Notes: generated from the sequence alone by a model not told the origin. A DNA stretch of 64,000 nucleotides from Raillietiella orientalis (GCA_036172245.1 JAYWIR010000002.1:2046001-2110000), one strand, 5' to 3'. Shown: positions 1-13,200, numbered from the stretch's first letter. Translations and numbers: made by a program.

Positions 1-1285
1 TTCTTCCTGAACCACGTTGATCGGTTTCGCCGAATGCCCGCAGGAGTACTCGGAGAATGTCCGACTCCACGTCCTTTGGGAGACAAAGCTCAGGGCTCCA
101 GGAGGGTCCTGACTCCCTAACTTGGTTAGCGGGCCCGTCCGTCAGGTGACTGTGACGCTTAGGGGAGCGTGGGAAGAGAGCTCCCTCCCCGAAAGAGCAC
201 AAGAGCTCGATACCCGCCGTATCTGGTCCTCTTCGAGGATGGAGGAGGCTTCAGAGGAAACGGAAGAAAGCAGCTCTGGGACCCGTTTCTTCCCGGTGGG
301 AAGCGAAGAGAGGAGGAGGTTCCTGCGATTCTGGTTGCTTCCCGGAAAACTCCGATAGGAAAGTGCTGAGAAAGGTGGGGGGCGCTCACTGGGAACGGAC
401 ACGGGACGAGGGCCTAAGGAAAGAAACAGGGCGTCTGAAGCCCTTCCTATCTCACCTATCACGTCTCTCCTGAGCTCCAGAGGCAGGGGAAGCGCGGTAG
501 GGAGGGAGATGAAGTGACCTCCCGGAAGTGACTTCGACGAGGGTGGAAGGAATGAGGAAAGGTGAGCAGTGATCAGGAGCAGTTTTCTGCCAGGAACGCA
601 CTCCGCGTCCCTCGTGACCACAAGGACAGAGGGACGGAATGGGGGGGTGAGGAGTGTCGAAGTTGGGATGGCAGTGTCTGCCCTTCTCGTCCCTTTCCCC
701 AGCGGACGTCCACGAGGTCGCCTCTGCCCAGATCGGGAGAGCACTGAGGGGTGGGGATGCTCCTACCCCATTCCCTCCCTTCTTCTACCCCTCCCAGGAT
801 GCTCTGGGACTCGTCGACGGACCTTTCTCGGTTGGCAGTTGCTTCTGCAAGGATGTCCTTTAGGGTCGTGGGTCGACTTGGCACCATCGGTGGGAACTGC
901 GTTCTATTAGTGTCCCGCCTGGAGATCCCTTTCCAGCCCCGCTGGAGTCCTCTAGGAGGTTGGGAGGGGAGGGAAGGGAGGAAGAGGGACGTAGCAGCAG
1001 ATAGAGAGGGGTCGGGGAGAGGGGAGAATCAAGCCTTTCCGACCTTGTTCCTCCCCTCTCCCTGCCCGGAGCATCCGAGGTCCCGGGAAAGCCTCCAGCC
1101 TCCTGAGAGCGGGAGGAGAACGCGGCTGTCTCCCTTCCCTCGTCAGAATGGAGTCTTTCCTCCCCCGGGAGAGAAGGGAGCTTGGAGGGTTGTCAGACCC
1201 TTGTTCTCTCCCCCCCGCTTCTCCCCTTTCATCGGGGCGTTTCCTCGGGCCGAATTAACGAACTTTAATGAGCAGCCGCGCTGGT
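1..1285 (-). mobile_element. Decayed L1/Tx1-like LINE, RT core fragment (runs off the window edge)
   Basis: Minus-strand remnants RSFPGSNQNRRNLLLSSLPT (like RGVRQGxPLSPLLF) and SILEEDQI (like YADD), homologous to the copy at about 21200-21370. Confidence 0.5.
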
Positions 1286-1289
1286 TCCC

Positions 1290-2190
1290 CGTTCCCAGGG
1301 CTGCGCCGGAGGCTGATTAAATTTTCATCGGGAATTCCTTGCGCTCTGTTCCTGCAGGGCGTTCCCGATGGATGCGAAGAACTCTAGGATTTTTATTTCT
1401 CTCCTCCCTGCCTCCTCTTCCCCTCTCTCTTCTACCTTCTCTCCTTGCGGCTCTGCACCCTGATGAGCCCCTGCTTGAAACAAGCAGATCTAATGAGCTG
1501 GCTCGCCCGTTTCCTTGGGAAGGAGTAGGAAAGGGAGAAGGAAAAAATGGGGAAGGGGAGGTGAAAGACGAAGGGATGCCCCTATCCCTTGCTCTCTCCC
1601 TTCCCTGAGTTTTAGTCCCTTTCGTGCTCCTTTTCCTTGTGTTCCGGAACGACGAGATTGGGGATTGAGCTTGCGTCCACCGAGGCGCAAGCCAAGAGTC
1701 CCTCTTCCACTTGCCCTCTCGTGAGTGCTGGGTTCGCACCTCGGCCCACCTTCCCTTCAGTCCCCATCGCGTCCAACCCCGCCAGGAGCCGTGTTGATGC
1801 TAGAAAGGAGCACCCATCACCTTTTCTTCCTGGAAGAGCCAAGCTTGGAGGCGCTGCCCGCACGCGATCCACCGACTTCTATTTCTTCCTCTCTTCTCCC
1901 GTCCTCCATCCCCTTCCCCCTTTCCAAGAGCCCCTCTGGTGCTTTTCACGTACCAGAGGCACCGTTTCCGTAGATCCTTCCCCCCCCAAAGTCCGCAGCT
2001 TCCATGCCGGAGCGCGCGAGCCCGCTCGTTTTGAGGCCAGTTGCCCGGGCAAAGAAATCGCCCCGCTTCCCCTTCTTCCTCCCTCGTTGCAGCCGTCCCC
2101 GAGCGCGAAAGTCTTGATCTCCTTGTCCCGGAGAGCCCTCCCAGGATTTCCCACCATTTTTCTTCTTCGATCAGGTAATCTCTGTCTCAA
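1290..2190 (-). mobile_element. Decayed L1/Tx1-like LINE 3' part with degenerate 3' hairpin end
   Basis: zf-RVT-like remnant LPGQLASK...RTLGGEGSTETVPL...W near 1900-2060. The terminal motif reads aatttaatcagcctccggcgcagccctggg on the minus strand at about 1294-1323. Confidence 0.45.
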
Positions 2191-3000
2191 GACAAGAGCG
2201 TCGTTACTGTTTTGACAACTCCAATAAAGCGGAACTCTTTCCGAAATTCTTCGGGGATTCGTCGCACGGCAGCAGCCGCCATCCTGCACTGGCACATCTT
2301 CCGGTGATTTGTATTCAATCGTTTCCGTGTGGCAGAGAAGAAGCGATTCTCTGGAAGGGGAGAATTTCTCTTCCTCGCTCCATCTTTCACAAGACATACC
2401 TGTGTGATTTGGGCTTTCGTGCCGCTCCGCATTTTCTGCAGCGACGGCGGCTCATCCCGAGGAACAGCGCGAATCGCCCCTGCAAAAAAAAAGTCCTTTG
2501 AGAACCACCATCGCTCAGTCCGCGAGCGGTCGAGCCCTGTTTACCCTCCCTGCCTGCCCGTTTGCCCCCGCTCCTCCTTCCTCTCCCTCCCTGTCTGCAC
2601 TCCCCAGCTGGTCGCACCCGAACATTCCACACATTTTCCTCCCGTTCCCACCGTTCGGAAAGAGGGGGAGAGCTCCTCCGCTCACCGCCACGGAACGCAG
2701 CTCCACCGGCGGGCGACCCCCGGCGCTCTCTGCGCCGCCGAACGCGCTCCATCGCGTAGGCCTGGGCGCCTTCGGCGCGACACGACCAGCGTGCACGACC
2801 GGAAAGACGCGGCCGGATGTTCGCAACAATGGAGAGAGAATTGGCAACGCGCGCGCGTGCTCGCAAGGAAAGAAAATGCACGCGGCTTTTTTTTTTTCAA
2901 CTTTTTTTCTGTTCCACGAAAGCTCCCTGCCGCTCTGCTCGCCTTGGCGCTCAACGGCGGGGAGGAGGTGAGGCCTTCCGCTTCCAGTCCTAGGTACGGG
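2190..3000 (-). mobile_element. piggyBac transposase fossil, C-terminal catalytic region
   Basis: CERWSEEEK...EYK...DGG...RRISERVPLYWSCQNSNDALVL follows the piggyBac pattern RWS..EK..YN..MGGVD..RRS.KW..LF..NA.VL. Confidence 0.45.
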
Positions 3001-3239
3001 AAACTAGCGTTCCTGTGAACTTCGCTTGACTCTTTTATTAGGCTTCGACGGTACAAAGGGCCCCTCCACGCCAGTCTGATTCGCACATTAGCAATACGTA
3101 CCGATTGCTCCCTCCCACGTGCAGTTCTTGCACGTGGGAGGAACGGTGCGTGCACGAAAAACGCACACACACACACACAACAGCTTCAGAGTTTTCCCAG
3201 TGATCGGGAAGGAACCGGGGAGACGAAGACGGCATTCTG

Positions 3240-5100
3240 CTTAACTGGATAGGAATAGATGGCTTTCACACACATTAGTTAGGCACGAATTGCGTTTCGG
3301 TGTACTTTTTCAAAGTGCGTTCGACAAGAAGAAATACCGATTTTAGCCATGCTTCTGAGGTCACATCCTCGTGTCGGAAATCGTAATTTCAGGCACAACA
3401 CATTTTCAGCACAGACTTGCCGGTTGCAGTAATTCCATGAACGCCAGAACTACATAGCGCGCTATAGGGCGTACCTGTAAGCGGCGGATCGAGTTTTCCT
3501 TTTTGTGTGTGTTTTGTCCCCCCGGCAGCATCAACGAGAAGTTCCAAGGAGTTCACGACAGGGGAAAAGAAAAAAAAAAAAAAAAAAAACAGATGGATTT
3601 TCCTGGATGCACGAAAGATGCAAGATGGAAGTCGATTTTGCAAATGCCGGATTTGCGAAGATGAGGCCTATACTCGAGGCACTGTGGCGTTTCCCGCTCC
3701 TATGGTGACGTGATTCCATCTCGAGTTTCCATAGAAACGTGCTTCTCTCCCCCCCTCTCCCCCCTTGCCGTTGTGGTTCTCGTTGAGCACATCCATTCTT
3801 ATTATCGAGGATCGTACTTTAAAGGTACGATCTGTTGCAAGGCAACATGCAGCCTTCCAACAAATCTTGGAAGGAATTTCCGGCAGTCCCGTTCGTCCTA
3901 CCTCCTACGCGCGCTGCTTGTCTGCTCTGCTTTCGTTCCCACCGTTGATGAAATAGAAAGAACTCTTCGCACAAAGATGCAACGCTGCCACGTTTTACGG
4001 TCATCTTCTCAGAACACCTCAAAAGTGCGTGCGTTGCAAATATCAAAAGGAAACATCGCAAACCGTCAGCCGTGGTTTGTATGATTTTCTTTTTCTTTTT
4101 TTTTCATGGCCATTTTGTCCTTTTGTTTTTTTTTTTCTCCTACAGATTTGCCGCCTGTGAAGGAGATTTCGGAAATCTTTCCAGAATCTTTCCAGCTTTT
4201 GGAAGCTCAGGGAGGCAAAATGCTTCGCGATTTTTTTGTGCATTAGCAGGATTTTTCGTGAGTGTTTGTTCGATGTTAATTTCCATCCACATGGGGAGAC
4301 GAACTCACTGCTTGTTCTGGCCCTCTACCCTGCTGCCTCATCCATAATAAATCGTCTTAATTTCCTTTTGCTAGCAACCGTTCCTTATTCTAACACGTCT
4401 TCATTTCCATCTCCGTTGTGATGCCGTCATGTCCGGCCTTTCATGAAGTTGGAACACCGACGCATCGGAAGTTTCGATCATCTCCTTTCCTCACCTCCTT
4501 CCTCTCTAAAGTGCGTTGGTTCCCGTTAGAGGACACAAGAAGTAAACGCAAACTTGCGATGATGAAATTCACACAGACTGTGCCCTGTGCCTCCCATTCC
4601 GGAGCGCTCGGAACCTGCCGATGGCCGGGATGGCCCTCTTTGCATCGGTCGCCACCACCGCTAGCCATTCTAGACTGCAGGAATCGGGTGACGGCGCGTC
4701 GGACATCCGGCGTGACCTGGAGTACCTCCCCCTGCCCTCCCCCCTTCCCCGACTCGGAAGGATGCCAGGCGCGGTGGTTCGCCAACCTTCCCCGCTTCGC
4801 AACGCCGCTGCTGCTGCTGCGCGCACTCGAGAGTGCCACGCGCCCCGCTTTTCGCACCTCCCCGCCGCCGATGCAGACGGATAAATCCTCATCGATTCTC
4901 CTCCGTCCTTCAGCTGTTTTTCGCCTCCGCTGCCGCACTCTTCGCCGTGCGCCGTACCAACGACATTTTCCGCCGAAGAAGAGTTGCGCGGTCCTCCAGC
5001 TCTCCTCCGGAGCGAAGTTCTGCTCTTCGGCTACACTGGGATAGACCTCCCACGAGCAGAGCGGCGTGCCCGTTGCGTGGCTCCTTTAGGTTTCCAGGAA
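3240..5100 (+). mobile_element. piggyBac (PGBD-type) transposase fossil, near full length
   Basis: Colinear remnants FAKMRPILEAL (FAKIRPLL), VEHIHSYYRGSYFKG (DESMIPYYGRH.KQ), DTRSKRK (IRSKKW), ILDCRNRV (LDFRRRI), then C-terminal Cys-rich RLRCRT...KSCAVL. Confidence 0.55.
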
Positions 5101-5134
5101 ACAATAATTTCTTTTCTTTTTTTTTTTTTTTCCG

Positions 5135-6190
5135 CTGAGAGACCCTCCAAACGGACCCGCGACTTTCCCGTAGCGAACCCCCGACAGCTCCCTCGACGGG
5201 TTGAACTCTGGATCAGTGCTCCGAGGTCTTCTTGGTCAGATCCGCCCTCTTCCTCGAGTGGCGGGAGTCCAGCGTCGCCGATGCTGCGCCGGGGTCTCTC
5301 TCCCCCGGGACCAGTGACGTCATCGCCGGTCCGCTGGTAAAGGGCTGGTCAGAGAGAGGACCGGGAAATCCGAAGGACGCGTGAGCCGAAGGGACGCTCG
5401 AGGAGGAAGAAGAGGAAGGCGCAGGGCGACCGCGCTTGATCCTGGGCATCGTTGGTCCAGGAAGGGAGCGCGCAACCGAGCAGTGAGGAAGAAGAGCAGT
5501 CCTTTCCGCATCTGCTCGCGGACCACGTTGCTCTCCGTCTCGTCTAGGGGCGTGTCCGAGTGACCCTCCGGATGCCCGGGAACGACCTCGGAGACGTTCT
5601 GAAGTGCCACTTGCGGGACGCGCTGTTGCCAGCCACGTCCCTGGCTGGAGCTTGCTGCTATCCTTCGAGGGACGCAGGCGGTTCCCCCTCCCCCCCCTCC
5701 AAGACGATGCGACGCCTCTTTCCCCTCCCTGCCAAATTGTGGACTCATCACCGGTGTGCTCCAGCGCGCCACACCTTCCGGCGGCGACGCGCTGGCAACG
5801 CCGGACTTCACTCGTCGCTGACGGCCCTGGATGTCAGGACTAGGCCTTTCCCTGAGGCAACCGTCCTCCTCTCTGGAATTCTACCCTGCCTTGGATCTCT
5901 TGCCGCCCCGGGAGCCGGAGTGCAGTTTCCGAGGACGCCCCGGGAGCCGATGACCTCCGTCCTGACGGAAAGGAAGACCACGGAGTCGCTCGCGGCACCT
6001 CCTGCTCCAGCAGGGCGACGGAACGTCCGCCAATACCCTGGCGTCAACTCCCACGTGGACAGAGGCTGACCCGCAGGAGAGCCTCTCCCGGCGCCTGGCG
6101 CGTCTCCTCTAGCGTAGGAACCGTCGACAGCGGGGGAAGACACGAGCGGAGAGACGGGGACGCCGGCAGCATCGTCAGAGGGGACTACCT
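5135..6190 (-). mobile_element. Decayed L1/Tx1-like LINE RT fragment
   Basis: QQRVPQVALQNVSEVVPGHP (AFDRV..L..VL..G.P) and FFLTARLR...RCPGSS (RGVRQGCPLS). Shares an exact 34-mer with the adjacent copy. Confidence 0.5.
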
Positions 6191-6194
6191 GACC

Positions 6195-8470
6195 ACCTTA
6201 GAGTCTCCAGACTCGCTGGTCCGAAACCTCAAGAGAAAGCCCGAAAGATGACTGGAGCGGCGTCATCCTCGGGGCAGAAAGTGGCGAGCCGCGAGCTTTC
6301 AGCTGTCCGTGACGTTCCAAGGAAGTGTCAAGAAATTCACAGATCCCTCGACGGGTTGAACTCTGGATCAGTGCTCCCGCCTCCTTGCCTCTCGGAGAAA
6401 AGGAAAAGAAAGCTGGAGCCTCAGGAGGCGTCAGGAGGTGCTGCAGTTCCGGGTTTCCTCCCGACCTCCTGCAGGACCAGACGTCCCTCTTGCCCGCAGC
6501 ACTGCCTGCCCACAGGGCCTTAGGGATGGTAGCAGCCGACCGGCGGGGCGGGAGGTCGGGAAACTCCCGGACGGCGAGTTCGTTGGCGGACGGAGCCACC
6601 CTTCGTTCCCGGGCGGAGACGTTGCTGTGTTGACGGGATGTTCCCCTGTTCCATGAATGCACTGGGTGGGTGGGGGGGAAATCCAGATCAGGCTCCTAGT
6701 TTCCCGGAGGGAGTTGCCTCCCCGAACCGTTCCGAGTGCGCAGCGCTGGCATCGCCCCCTAGCTTCCTGCGGTCCTGCGGTGCCCTGGAGGCACGTGGCG
6801 GAGGGCGACTCGCTCCGGAGGACCGACGGTGAGAGTGCCGTGGCGGCGACGCAACGGCCTGCCGCGTCGGGCGCCACGGTGACGGGTCCGCTCCGCGGCG
6901 GTCTCGTTCGGCACGGCAGCCGTCTCCCCGACGAGGACGGCTGCAAGGTGACGCCTCGCCTGCCAGAAGTCGCCACGGAGGTCGCCACTATCTCCAGTCC
7001 CTCCTAGGAAGGAAGGAACGACCAAAACCAAGGACCCCCTACCCTCTTCCGTCCTGCCTTTGACTCCCTTATAAGCCGACCTGCGTGCCAGTTGTCACCC
7101 CGATTTGGACGCCTTCCTTTTTTCCTTCCGGCGTCTCTTGCATTCAGCCACCCCCTGCGACTTCCCCCTCAGGTCAGGGTCTTGTGTTTCAGTAAGCATC
7201 CCGGCGTGACTGGGAGCGAACCTTCCCCTTCGGGGTCTTTCCGTTGTGCTCCTTCCTTCCTGCTTTTGCCTCCCTTTTGCTCGTCCTCCTCTCTCCGGCC
7301 GCGGGGAGAGGGGGGAGGGCGCACCTCGTGGGTCCGCATCCCGACCGCCCGACCGCGCTCTCTCCTTGGCGTCAACAAGCAATGGCGGGGCTTCCGTCCC
7401 GCCACTGCTTGTTGCGCGTTCTTTGCGGGAGGAGGGAGCGCGAGCGCCCGAGGGTCAACCGAGGGGGGGAGAGGAGGTAACGGTCCTCCCAGCTGAGAGG
7501 TTCTGCGACTGGGACTTATCCTCCCTGCTGCCCTCTTTCTCCTCCGCGCCTCGGATGCAACCCCCGTCTCCAGGGAGGGGGAGAAGGGGCGACCCCCTCG
7601 CTGCTTCGCGGAGGAAGTCGAGAATATCCCCCCCCCTGAGGCGATCCGGGAGTCCTGACGCCAAGCTCCCTCCATTCCTGCAGGTGCCGCGTTCCTCTCC
7701 CTATTAGTCCCGGAACTTTCGGGAGCATCCGTGCCAGAGAAAACCCTTTGGCACATGGGTTTTCTCCTTCTCTCTGTCTCACCCGTGGAAAGCGGTAAGG
7801 TGAGAGTTCCGCCCCCACCTCCCTCCCCATATTTCGAAAGGGAAATCCCGGGAGGAGTGGGGCGAGTTCGTATGGCGAAGCGCCCGCGCACCTGTCAAAA
7901 AGCGACCTCCGGATCAGAAAGCGGGTCGGCGGGAGAACCGGGAACCCCGCAGGACGGACACGCTGGAGAACGCAGGGCGATCCCGGGGAGTGCAGATGAG
8001 GGGCGCGTCGGAGTCCCGAATGCTCCGGGAGGTCTCCGCTTCGGCTTCGACAATGCGCGCCGCTCCCTTCGCCGCCGGGAGGGTATTCCGACACGAGCGA
8101 AGGGACTCGCAGGTGGGTTGCCACCGTCCGTGTCTTCGCGGTATCTCAGTGGGGGAGGGGGTTCCATGCCCTCTCCGTTTTGGCGCCGCAAGCACTGGCG
8201 ATCCCCCAGGAAGGGAGATGGAGGAGACCCGGCCTGGATCACTGCTCCGAGTTCCTCCCCCCTCCCGCGGGGCTGGAACGCGCAGCGACAAGAACGAGGA
8301 AGCGGGGTGGGGAAGTAGGCAACTGCATCTTCTACGCGCGGTTCGTCATCCCCTGGGAACGGGGGTGGCTCAGCAAAGTGGCTGGAGAACTCGAGCTGCG
8401 GACAGGGAACGGAAGCAGGGTCAGCCGCCCGTGCAGGCGCGGGTGGTCGCCGTCGCCGGGCGTGCGCCAA
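6195..8470 (-). mobile_element. Decayed L1/Tx1-like LINE, endonuclease to RT
   Basis: APE-like AVAYFPTP (NVYAP) and FLGDRQC (GDFN) at about 8190-8330. RT-like PQEARGRCQRCAL and NVSARERRVAPSANEL lie downstream. Confidence 0.5.
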
Positions 8471-8693
8471 TTGCTGACGTCAGTGCAACACTGGAGGCAG
8501 AACTTTTAATGGGCGCTTCTGCCCCCTTGCGAAAAAGTTGGCTACTGCGTTCTTCCTTTTTTTCTTTCCTCCTCTGTTTTTTCCTTTTTTCTTTCTTTTT
8601 TGTTTTCGCTTCGGGAGCCTCTTGGATTCGCCCAATGTTTGCGTTTGATGGATGAAATGCAATATTTAACAACTCGCTGCCTCTCAAAGGAAA

Positions 8694-8717
8694 ACGCGTG
8701 CGCGCGCGCGCGCGCGC
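8694..8717. repeat. (CG)8 within an alternating purine-pyrimidine tract (Z-DNA prone)
   Basis: acgcgtg(cg)8c; similar runs at about 50739-50754 and about 58704-58714. Confidence 0.85.
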
Positions 8718-10210
8718 TCTTCTAACCGTGATGGATAATTCAGCACTTCGTTGAGGACATGGAGATCGGCGTCGACGATGCCTGCATTCGCGCGTCCTAA
8801 ACAACCGATGGTTTGTTCCGTCACGTGATTCTTTAGGCCTAGAGTGATCATTTCGGGCGCACCCGGCTGGCGAGGCTATGTTTCGTCGGGAGGTGCTGGG
8901 CGTGGGACGCGAACGCGTGGCCGGTGATGGCTGCCAGCATCTCTTCCACCTCTGACGGTCGTCTGGGTTCCGCGAGAGAAAGAACGTCGAAGGCGTTCTT
9001 TGGAGTCTCTTCTTCGCGAGGATCTCCTTCCTCGAACCGGATCTAGCGGATTCGAACCGGCGAAGGGGTGGCGATGCCATCGCATGCATCGACGCTCGGA
9101 GGGGCTCCGTGCGTTGCTGCCCGCGAAAATCCGTCCCGCCCGTCTGAATCCATTTCGAGGTCCCTTGCCCTTTCCGTGAGGTCCCGACGAAAATCGAGGC
9201 TCGGGACGAAGCCCTGATCCGCACGTTAAAGAGCGCCGTCGTGCACGCCGTTTCCAGATCGTGATTCTTCCTTGCTCCGACATCCGACGCGGTCCGGTAG
9301 GTAATTCCCGCTTGAGTCCCAAGTTTCCGCGAATCACAAGAAGCAGCGCAGCGCCGTCGAACTGCAGAAGAGATGATGTTAGTTGTGCTCCCTAAAACGT
9401 CGAGGATGTCGAACAAATGCGTTCCGCTCCGCGACCTCCATTGTCAACCAAAACGAATGGAAATCCTTGCCCTCCCTACGCGCCAGCAACGTCTTGAAAC
9501 CAATCCAATCACGCTCCTAGTTGGAAGTCATTATGACGGTTGTCATCCGAGAAACTCCATTATCATTGGAGTGATATATATGAGATGAGCATGACGTTAG
9601 TGTCCGGAAGCTCCGAGTGCACCTTTGCCCCTGCTGCGCGCTCTTCCGCGCGTTTCGGAAAACGCCGCATCGGAAGAGTTCGAATTCGTCCCGTGTAAGC
9701 CAACCGGCGCCCATGCATTTTGCAAGAGTTTCCGGAAGGGGGGGAGGAGACATATTCCCTGTGGCGTTCTGCGCACACAGCTCACTAATGGATGCGGCCT
9801 TTCTGCTTCTTCAGCGACCACGTTCCGGACTTTCTCGATGTTTCTCCTCGATTGCTCACCTCAGGTTTGCCGTGCATTTCCGTGCTGAAAAATTCATCTG
9901 CCGCCGACGCGCCGGTTCGCGCTGTCATCTATTCTCTCGGACTTTGTTTGCTCGCTAAGCCTTTGATGGACATGCGATCCATAACGTGTCTTATAATACA
10001 CTACCAGAACGGACGACGCGTAGCAATCTCTTTTCAATCTGGCTCCCCCCCCTATCATTTTCTTCTTTTTTTAGTGATTTTCCTCTTCAGATGGCGGCGG
10101 CGGCGGCAGTTTCTTCCCCGTGCAACGCGTCTGCGGCCTGGATAGAATTACCCGAGGATCTCTGCGCGCCAGCAATCGTTCCCGGGGAAAAAGCGCATTT
10201 CCCAGCTTCC
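8700..10210 (-). mobile_element. piggyBac transposase fossil lacking the N-terminus
   Basis: Colinear RRPFW*CI..DRMSIKGLA (RCPFRQYI..DKYGIK), QNATGN..PPLPETL (RNVTGDNWF.SVPL), LAYTGRIR (LTYVGTIR), MLISY (LVSY), MEVAERNAFV (LNVAAINAFV). Confidence 0.6.
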
Positions 10211-13200
10211 ATCACGTGCTGACAGCTCCCTTGTGACGGGGGAGGGAGTTTTCCCCGATGGCAGGGTGGTTTCGCCGTAATTGTTTTGCATCCTCTGTGG
10301 AACCCGAGGATTTCGCAACATCTCCGAGGCCTTCAGGGGCGTCTGGACCGTGCCCGGAGACCGCTCGCAAGGAACCCCTCCTACGCCACTCAGACCCTCC
10401 GGGACCTCGCCGGAGCGTTCGCTGCGACGGCCGGGATACGCTCCTGAAAGCTTCCCACTCGCTGCGTAAGATCCTGAGGAGGATCCCAGCGTGAGCGCGT
10501 GGGAGGAGCCGCCCTCCTCCTCCCACTTTCCTTGCCGCAACGCTGCCCTTCCCTAAGGAAAGCAGTCGGCGAGATGAGAAGAGTCCGCGAGATCGCAGGC
10601 AGGAGGAAGCAGATGAGTGGCTGGACCACGGGGCAGCCGGTGGACTCCGCGTCCCCAAGTGCCCTTATCCACGAAAGCCTGCACACCGGGGCGAGCTGCC
10701 GGGTGTTCTTCATGGAGATCTGGAGTGGTCCCAGGTGTTCGTGTCCAGCAGTGCCTTCCTCCCCCTTGAACTGGCGGGGAGTCGGCGGCGTTCCGCTGCT
10801 ACTGCGCTGAGGGGTCTCCCCCTGAAACGCCCGCTGACACGCCGTTGGACTTGCGGGGGGAAAGGGCACGGACTGCGTCGCTGCTCTGCGGCCCTTATGG
10901 GAACTTTCGGGACCGACCCTGCGTATAACGGCGGGCAGCCAAAGAGTCCTTTCGCGAGGGACTCCCTCCCGCCAGCCGCAGCCCGAGCTGCCCTTCGCTG
11001 CATCCCCGGGATCGCGGCGGCCCGGAGGGGCGCGGATGGAGAGACGAAGAAACGGGAGCAGCGCCACTTGGACCTGCCCGGAGGATGCACGAAAGGAACC
11101 ACTCGAGAAGGATGCAGAGGACTCCCCTAAGTGGACTGTGATCCTTTTCCACGGCCCTCCAAGACGCTTTCGCATTTTTTTTTTCTTTTTGTTTCCCTCC
11201 CTTCCCCTTCTGCCGTCACTCTGGAGGGCAGGGACGGCTCCACCCCAGCGTCTGAGCATCACCTGTCATCGGGTTGCGCCGCTCCTGCAGGTGAGTCGCC
11301 ACCGATGCTCCTCCTTGGTGGATCCTGACCTCCCTAATCGCCGTCCCCGTCCCGGTGCCCATAGCAACCAGCTCCTCTCATTGGATGAGCATCGCGTCGG
11401 GCGCGCGCGCTGTGACCCGACTTTCAGTTGGTCCCGCAACGCCACACTCGCCTTGGGGGCGCTCGACGACCCAACGGTTCGAGGTCTGGTGGACAAGCAA
11501 GCCGGTACTTCTCGCCTGCTGGAAGCCTCGGACTTCGAGATCACCTCGCCGTCACCGAGGTTTCCAGCCCCTCCTCCTCTTCGCCGGAAGTCACCCCTCC
11601 CGCCTCGAGAACGCTCCAGCCTCCCCGAGGGACACTCCGGACAAGCTGCTAGGTGGCCTCGTCCTATCACGGCTCACCGACTGCTCCCCATTCTTCCTCG
11701 ACAGGCAACCTGCAGCTTCCTCTACGTCCCTCAATCGAGCCGGGATGGGGTGAGCCCCATCCTCTCGTCTTGTTGTGAAATCCACCCTCCTTTTGACACC
11801 CTTTCTGGAGGCGCCAAGTGGGAGGGTTCCCTCTGATGCCGGTGAAGGCAGAGGAAGGAGGGAGGGAGGACATTTCCGTTTTCCCTCCGCGCTTCCAGGT
11901 GGAGGTTGTTATGGCGGTTGCCATCCTAGAAACGCGAACTCATGAAGCTCAACAGTGCCCCAGGGCGCGTCTGCGACGGCGCCAACAGAGGCTGGCCGCC
12001 GGAGTTCCCTCTGTTCCCGGAAGGACCTTGGAGAGAAGGGTCCACTCCTTATTTCGGCTAGCCGACGGGGGCGCCCAGCCTCAGAGAGCGCCACACCCGA
12101 AGCCTGCGAGCTGGCAGTGCTCTGTGGATGGACTGGAAACCTACAGGACGCCCCCCGTTCCCGACGCGACTTCCTCGCGGGGAGCTTCTAATCTCGGAAG
12201 GGGGCGGTCAGGCAGGCATTCCGGGGTCCCCCGCGCGAGGGGCCTTGGTGCGGCGCCCGCGGCCGGGAGGAAGCCGCCCCTGGAGGTGTTCTGGGGCGCC
12301 GGACGCGGACGCCGAGGGGGACGCTCCTCCTGCCTAGCGAACGAGGCCCTGCCGCCGCGATGGAAACGGGTCCTTCCGCGGCGACGGCGGCGGGTGAGGG
12401 CAAATGACGCCCTCCCGCACCCCGCCTACACCCCCTGCGCTCATGCGAGTCTAGGTGGCTCTGGTGTTGCCGGCACCGTTGCCTTGGGAGACGTCGCGTC
12501 AACGAGGGACTGCCCTCCTATGATGCATCTTCTGCACTCGGGATCGTGGATGATCCTCGTGGTCCCCCACGCTTTGGCCGCTCGTCTTCTGAACTATCCC
12601 GGCGCCGGGGGTGCTTCGGGTCACGAGAGAGGCGACTCTTTCGGTCCACGGCCCTCGGTAGCTGCGTTCCCTGGCAGCTCCCCCGAGACCAGCACCACCT
12701 CGCCGAGGGAGGTCCTCCGCCGAAAGAGGCGCCCCTGTACGGGACCGGATCCCAGCTGGAATCCCCGGGGATCTGCTTCCGGGAGCCAGAAACCACCGCG
12801 GGGCGTCCGTGCCGAGGAGGAAAGGAGGATCGGGGCAGTAGCACCGGGGGAGGAGGGGGGAAGATGAAAGGACGAACGTCCCTTCCTCACTCACAGTAGG
12901 GGGAGCGACGGCACTCTTGGGCTGAGCTTTTCCACCCCCCGCTCTGTAAGACCAATCAGGGTGCGCCTTCGCGCAGAGGGGTGCGGCGGGGGCGGGCCCA
13001 CTGGAGAGGTCGAGGTGGCAGCCACCACTGCGCTCGCGACGAAGGCGGGAGCGAGCGGGCGGCAGCGCACAAGAGGGCCCTCCCTGCACGGTTGCAGGGC
13101 CGCCGTCCCGGGGCACTCCAGCTCGGGTTGGGGAGAGGGAAGCGAACGAAGGGAGGAGGGGAGGGATCGAGGCAAGTCGGCCTCCCGATCCCAGATCTCT

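Noticed and set aside
142..190. SSHAPL resembling the SDH.P end of an AP endonuclease
   Set aside because: It lies just after RT motif B-like and YADD-like remnants, so the position fits the RT domain rather than the endonuclease.
3590..3700. W..F...CKCRIC resembling a BED zinc finger (hAT transposase)
   Set aside because: The His pair is missing, and another frame gives FAKMRPIL, colinear with the downstream piggyBac motifs.
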